From Auanema rhodensis (taxonomy: Eukaryota > Animalia > Nematoda): 64,000 nucleotides of DNA. Made by a program: the position numbers and the translations under genes. The notes beneath the pieces were generated by a model. It was given only the letters and a program-made list of their open reading frames with translations. It was not told the DNA's origin and ran no database searches. Positions 58,070 to 64,000 of this stretch are shown here, piece by piece. The DNA lies in the NCBI GenBank assembly GCA_964057225.1, contig OZ059897.1, positions 8,122,001 through 8,186,000 on the forward strand. The letters run 5' to 3'. Numbering within the stretch: the stretch's first letter is position 1; every line of letters begins with the position of its first letter.

Positions 58070-60393
58070 ATGGCTAATTCTGCTAGAGATTACTTTTCTG
58101 CATCTATTCTCTTCATCATCAATTTGCTGAATTATGTAGATCGAGAGACTGTAGCAGGTATGTTCATTTGAACCTCTACGAATAAGATGATTTCACTCCT
58201 TTCCCTATGGAATTACAAGAGAGAAGAAACATTTTTCGCTATTTGTAGGTGTTCTAACTGATGTACAAGCATATTATAACAAGAATGATACATGGGCTGG
58301 ACTCATTCAAACGGTTTTTCTTGTATTTTTCGTTATTGGATCACCAATTTGTGGTTATTTAGGTGATAGGTTCGATTGATTATTTTAAAAATTCTTTTTA
58401 ATTTTTCATGTTTTTCTTAGATACAATCGTAAATGGGTGATATGTGGTGGAATGATAATATGGGTTGCAGCTGTTATTGGATCATCATTTTGCCCCGCAA
58501 ATGTACGGAACATTTAAACAAGATGTTTCATTTCTATATGCTCGGGCTGTTTATAGATGTTTTGGCTGTTCATGTTGCTACGAGGAGTAGTAGGAATAGG
58601 TGAAGCTAGCTATTCCAATGTTAGTCCATCTATGATTTGTGATATGTTCACGGGACAAATACGGAATAGGGTCTATATGGTTTATTACTTGGCTGTACCA
58701 TGTGGCAGGTATGTTTTTGCAATTTATTGGAAGTATAGCTTTACGTGTAGTCGTTCTTGAACATAAAAGCAAAAAAAAACAATAAATATCTGTATAAGAA
58801 ACTGATTTTCAAGTGGTCTAGGCTACGTGGTTGGCTCCAATGTGGCTACCTTGATGCACTCATGGAAATGGGGAATTCGTATTACAGCTGTAGCTGGTGA
58901 GCAAAAACTTAAACACACACACACACAAGCTGAGAGAAATTCTGCTCATTTGCAGGTATTATCGGAATTCTGGCCCTGATTCTTTTTGTCGATGAACCTG
59001 AGCGTGGAGCTTCGGATAAAGTTGAGGAAGGTTTTGATGCTATTGTTGAACCACTAGAGCCATCCACTATATGGCAAGATCTATATTCTCTTATAACCAA
59101 GTACAAGATGAAAATGATATTTCGATAATTATCTGAAAATTCTTTATAGTTGGACTTATATTAATTGTACATTAGCTTATACATCTCTTGTATTCGTTGC
59201 TGGTACCATGCTATGGTGGACTCCAACAGCTGCCGAACATCGATTGGCTTGGGATCGTAATCTTACTTCTACGAATGATTTACCTGGCTCGGAAAAGGAT
59301 AAGTATGTTTCAAAATATGTTTACATACTCTGTATCAGTTGTAGCATCGTTGGTGAATGAGTTCAATTTTTTCAGAATAAATATGCTGTTTGGTATGATA
59401 ACATTAGCTTCCGGTTTGATTGGAGTTGTCGCTGGAACCTTCCTTTCATGGGTAATCAATTATACGATTTGCAGTAATTATGTTGATAAACATTTTGATT
59501 TTTGACAGATGTTACAAGAAGGAAAATGGTTCTTGCACCGGTTTAAAACTGATCGAGCTCCTCCTATCATATGTGCAATAGGAGCAGCATTTGCTTTTCC
59601 TATCATGCTTATTCTTATTCTCTTGAATCATACACATGCTGTAACTCTATGGGTTAGTTCATTCTGGAAGATCTAATGCTCAATATCTTTGTTGAAGGTT
59701 CTTGCATTTGTTTGTATTACATTCATGTGTTTCAATTGGGGTTTAAATGTTGATATCGTTATGGTAAGTTCTTCGTAATGCTGTTCTCACGTAACCTATT
59801 GCCGTCAACTTTACGTGAAAGTTTTCATTTTGAGTTAATGACGAGCTAATGCGCGGTTGCTTCTGTCAATTCACATCTTATATTCAAAATTGAAATAATG
59901 TATTTCATTTATTTCAGTCAATTGTTTTGCCATGGAGAAGGAGTTCAGCATTTTCTTGGTACATGTTATGCTCTCACATGTTTGGCGATGGACCAGGGCC
60001 ATATATCGTCGGATCGGTTAGTCGTCTCCCACAAGCATCAATTTCAATATCATTTCAGATTTCTGATGCACTTCGGACGGGGGATCGGCCAGAAGATCAC
60101 TATAAATCCCTTGTAAAAGCATTTTATTGTCTTTTCGGGTTATTAGGTGTCAGCGCAATAATGTATGGAGTCACAGCAATAACGTTATTAAATGATAAAA
60201 AACGAGTCAAACATGAATTATCACTTCATGCTCGAAGTAAGTTTCAAGTTTCATAGCAGATTTTCTTCTAAACGAAAAACTTTTAATTACAGAACTAGTT
60301 GAAGAAGAAGAAGAAGAAGAAGAAGAAGAAGAGGATGACGATATAGTTAATGATTATAATGATAAAATTTCAAATATCAGTACTAAACTGTAA
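58070..60393 (+). CDS. Spinster-family MFS transporter (spin-like); ~13 exons
   Basis: ILFIINLLNYVDRETVAG|VLTDVQ...AGLIQTVF...SPICGYLGDR|YNRKW...LLRGVVGIGEASYS..SPSMICDMF...AVPCG|SGLGYVVGS...WKWGIR...EPERGA...CFNWGLNVDIV...SHMFGDGPGPYIVG; stop 60391-60393. Confidence 0.93.
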
Positions 60394-60783
60394 AAATACA
60401 GTATAAATAACGTTTAAACTAAAATAAATTATTTTTTAAATGATATTTATATAATAAAAATTAGAAAACTTTATTAGTTAATTGTAAAAAAGAAAGAAAT
60501 ATAGTAACGGTAAAGCTTTTATTATTTGATTCATTATACATTAATTAAAACAAAATATCTTTCAATTTGATTTTTGTTTATAAAAGCACCAATAAATATG
60601 TTTTTTTGGCTTTCATTGGGATTAATAGACGATGAGCTCTAGAAACAAGTATGAAATGAAAATATATAAAGTTAATGTATCGTTATTATTGGCTTGGCCT
60701 GTACACAATTTCCGAGAAATTACATTTTCGGAAAACAAAATATTACATTGGGATACACGGGATTATGTTAATTATGAATAAAC

Positions 60784-62740
60784 TTAATGGAAAATACTCT
60801 TATTCTGGAGGAACTTTTCTCGTCGCTTTCTTTTTTCCTCTTCTTCTTGTCGTTTCTCATCCTGCTCCTGTTTGATTTCTTCTTCAAATTTAGATAATTT
60901 TGTTTGTTCAGCTATCTAAAATACAATTTGTAAATTATAAAAACAATAATAAATAAAAATATTGATAACCTAAATGAATTATTAAAATTTATTAAAAAAC
61001 AAACTTTAGCTTGGAAGAAACTGGCAGCTGCTAAAACACCTTCTTTGGCAACATCTACTGACTCAGCCAACTGTGTAAAAACCTGAAAGAACTTTTTTAA
61101 AAAAAAGAATTATGAGAGAGTGATAAATCGAAAGGAGATGTCAAATGTGTTATGTGAACAATCTCAATTCAAATTCAACAAAGACAGACAAACCTCAGAA
61201 CAGCCAAATTGACCTTGAGCAGCAAGGCGGAAAAGGAGGAAGAACTCGCGCAAACTGATCTTTCCGTCGTTATCTTCATCAACCTATAAAGCAGTACTTG
61301 AAACAAAAGAAAGAAAAAATTAAACAATTTTATTGAAATTTGAAAAGAAACAAACCTTCTTAATGATGTCTTTCAAAGCGATGTGGGTTTGAGCTTCACC
61401 AAGTTTCTCCATCATGCGTTTAAGCTCGTTAAAGTCAATAAAGCCATCGCAGTCCTCATCAAACCTATAAATTATAATGAATAAAGAATTAAAAATGTAA
61501 ATAATTTACTTTTTGAATGTATCTTGGAAGAATTTGATTTGTTTACGTGAAAATTCAGAAAATTCAGCAAAAACACTCAGTTTTCTATTGATGAACTGTG
61601 GTTGTACATCACCTGAAACATAATAATAAATTACATTAATAAACAAATAAATAAACAAAAATAAAAATTGTTACCAAGCATGTAAATATTTTCTTGATCA
61701 TTTGAGAATGTCGACATCTTTTATATTATATACGGTTGAAGTTAGTATGAAGGAAGACGATGAACAATTTGAAACAGATTGACCATATGACGGCCAGGAA
61801 CAGAGTGATCGAAGGGGGGAAGTTGGGCGGGCCAAAATACAGTTGACCCGCCTATATATAGTATTGACTATGATGTTCAAAAATATTGACAAAATTTGTG
61901 AACATCATAGCTACTTCAGGTTATAAAATCATTTATTTTCCCAAGATAATGGTAAGATCAGATATGAGAAATGTGAGTTCAAACAAGACAAGCGAGGATA
62001 TATGTCTACATATCATGTTTTTCTGATAATAGTTGTTGTTTACAGATGTGTTGTTATAGTTTGTTTGTTAGTGATTACAGATGTGGATATGTGGGAGCAC
62101 ATAGACGAATACGAGCCGGAATTTCTTTTAATTATTCTGATTAATGATGATGTTGAAATGAGTACGATCAAGCAAGATTCAGCAGATTTGTTTAAAAATA
62201 ATTTTCAAAAATCGAGCCGAAAATGAGATTTGGTGATGATTCATTGAATCGAGAAAAACAATCGTCAGTTGGTTGTGGTGGTGGTGGTTGGTGATGGAGA
62301 TGGTTGTTCACATGTCCACTTAATGACTCATTTCAACCGAAAAATTTTTGTGTTTTATGTGTTTTTACGAGAAGAGAATTGAATATTATCTAAGATGATA
62401 CACTGACTCATCAAATAATTTAGATATCTTTCAAAGAATTTAAACCATTTTCTCAGATTATTTAGTCGTATAGCATTGAAAAATCGTTATTTCTTATTAA
62501 ATACTCTAGTAATACTATACATATATAGTTAATATAGTATTTTTGAAATTCATTACAAATCACAATTACTTCAACATGAGCTTTCTATAAGAACTTCTCT
62601 CTCTCTCTCTATCTCTGGTAACGGGTAGTATCGTATTTCGTGGTTCCAGAAGTAGGTACAAACCTACGACAACTAGATGATGATTGACAATACAAATGGC
62701 GGCAGAACTTACGAGAGAGAGAAAGAGAGAGAGAGGGAGG

Positions 62741-62772
<32 letters not shown>

Positions 62773-64000
62773 AACATAATAAAAGAAGAGTATAAGGAAG
62801 ATAGAAGAAATATGTTTCTGAGTGAGAATAACAGCAGACGAAAACGAGCGCGAATTTTATAGGAAAGAGGAAAGATGATGACGAGTTGAGTGTGAGATGA
62901 TTGTCCAAGGACAATTGTTCTCATCTTGATAATATTACCAAATATATAATTAATTCAAAATAATAATAATAAAGAAAATTTCTTTTGAAATAAAAATTTA
63001 AAAAATAAAGAAAATTTCAGAATTACCTTCTAAAATTTTAGTTCGACGTTCTAACATAGCATTCAGCTCATCTGGATTTTCTACTTTAGGGCTACATTTC
63101 TGAAATAAAAAAGAAATTAAAGTATTAAAAGGAAAGTTTTTATTGCATTCGATCTAGATAAAGATGAATTAACCAACCACATGTGGTAATCATTTATATT
63201 TTTAAAGAAAAACATATGTTAGCACGAGTATTGTAAATACAATGAATATTACTTGTCTTTTCTACAAAATTTTACAAGAAAAAAGCTTTTGTTTTTGTTT
63301 AAAGCCTTGTTAACAAGCCAAAAACTGCGAAACTTACTTTGATGGGAGGTGAAGGAATTGGCTTTTCATCTTCAACTGACATCAGGGGATCACACAACAA
63401 GCCCAGAGGACTTACGATAGGCTTCTACAAATATTATTTTTGTAATGTTTTTAGTTGAAAGATATTGGAAACAATTCGTTTTTTTTTTGTTTTAAATGCA
63501 CTTAGATTTTCTTTTCTTTTTCTCATTTTGACTTCAAAAAGACAACAAAAGTTTTGTTTGTATTGTTTATGACCTGAGGGATTTTCAGGAAAATTGTATT
63601 TTTCCTAAAATTTAAAAATATTTAAGCTAAAGAAAGTCTATGAAAATTAAATTAAATTATAAATAAATTATCGTTCTATATAAATGGCGCTAGAAAATAT
63701 CAAATATCTTACTCGTACTACTGGAGATTGAGGACGGCTTTGAGGCTTGGGAGGCGGAACTGGTGGTGGTGTAGATGGTCTCGATGAGCTATAATGAGCA
63801 TCGTATACTATTCCAATTGCAATTTCTCGGAGAAAATGAAGATAAAGACAACTAAACTTACTTTCCACATTCTGTTTTGATCATTTCAATGAGAAGAGGG
63901 GACGGTACGTTTCTTAGTGCTGTCCTCAAAAGTTCTGGAGATTTTGCCGGAGTGTATGGACGATCGGAGATTTCTTCCAGCTTTTGTTGGGTTGCTTCAC
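60784..64000 (-). CDS. efhd-1: EF-hand domain protein, swiprosin-1/EFHD family, with Pro-rich N-terminal extension; 5' end lies beyond the window
   Basis: ...ELNAMLERRTKILE|GDVQPQF...FAEFSEFSRKQIKFFQDTFK|KFDEDCDGFIDFNELKRMMEKLGEAQTHIALKDIIKK|VDEDNDGKISLREF...|...VDVAKEGVLAAASFFQAK|...FEEEIKQEQDE...REKFLQNKSIFH*. Upstream exons are Pro-rich (PPPVPPPKPQSRPQSP). Confidence 0.93.

Overview
This is AT-rich nuclear DNA from a rhabditid-type nematode: many very short introns (about 41-60 nt), TTTCAG-like acceptors often next to the ATG (trans-splicing), and abundant (GA)n tracts. The ORF track is mostly exon fragments, so genes were spliced by hand. Thirteen gene models are supported. They are: hedgehog-related quahog (qua-1, QUA + low-complexity + Hint/Hog); an ShK/mucin heme peroxidase (skpo-3/mlt-7 family); a compact housekeeping block (prx-13, lsm-4, KRI1 homolog, arl-1, dnj-23/DNAJC9) with two probable operons; an Srh/Sri-type chemoreceptor; an ABU/PQN Cys/Gln-rich cuticle protein; a secreted PAN/apple-like protein; a secreted ~230-aa protein resembling a strongylid-expanded family; a Spinster-family MFS transporter; and the 3' part of efhd-1 (swiprosin). 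The most interesting observations are: (i) a 663-nt symmetric mucin exon in the peroxidase whose donor hides an in-frame stop, followed by a GPI-like hydrophobic frame; (ii) the strongylid-family-like secreted protein; (iii) an exon+intron tandem duplication in qua-1; (iv) frequent AAG 3' splice sites; (v) a repeated KLF + Grainyhead-like motif module upstream of the ABU/PQN gene. No rRNA, tRNA, CRISPR array or autonomous transposon was seen. Homology calls come from recalled family sequences, not from database searches.
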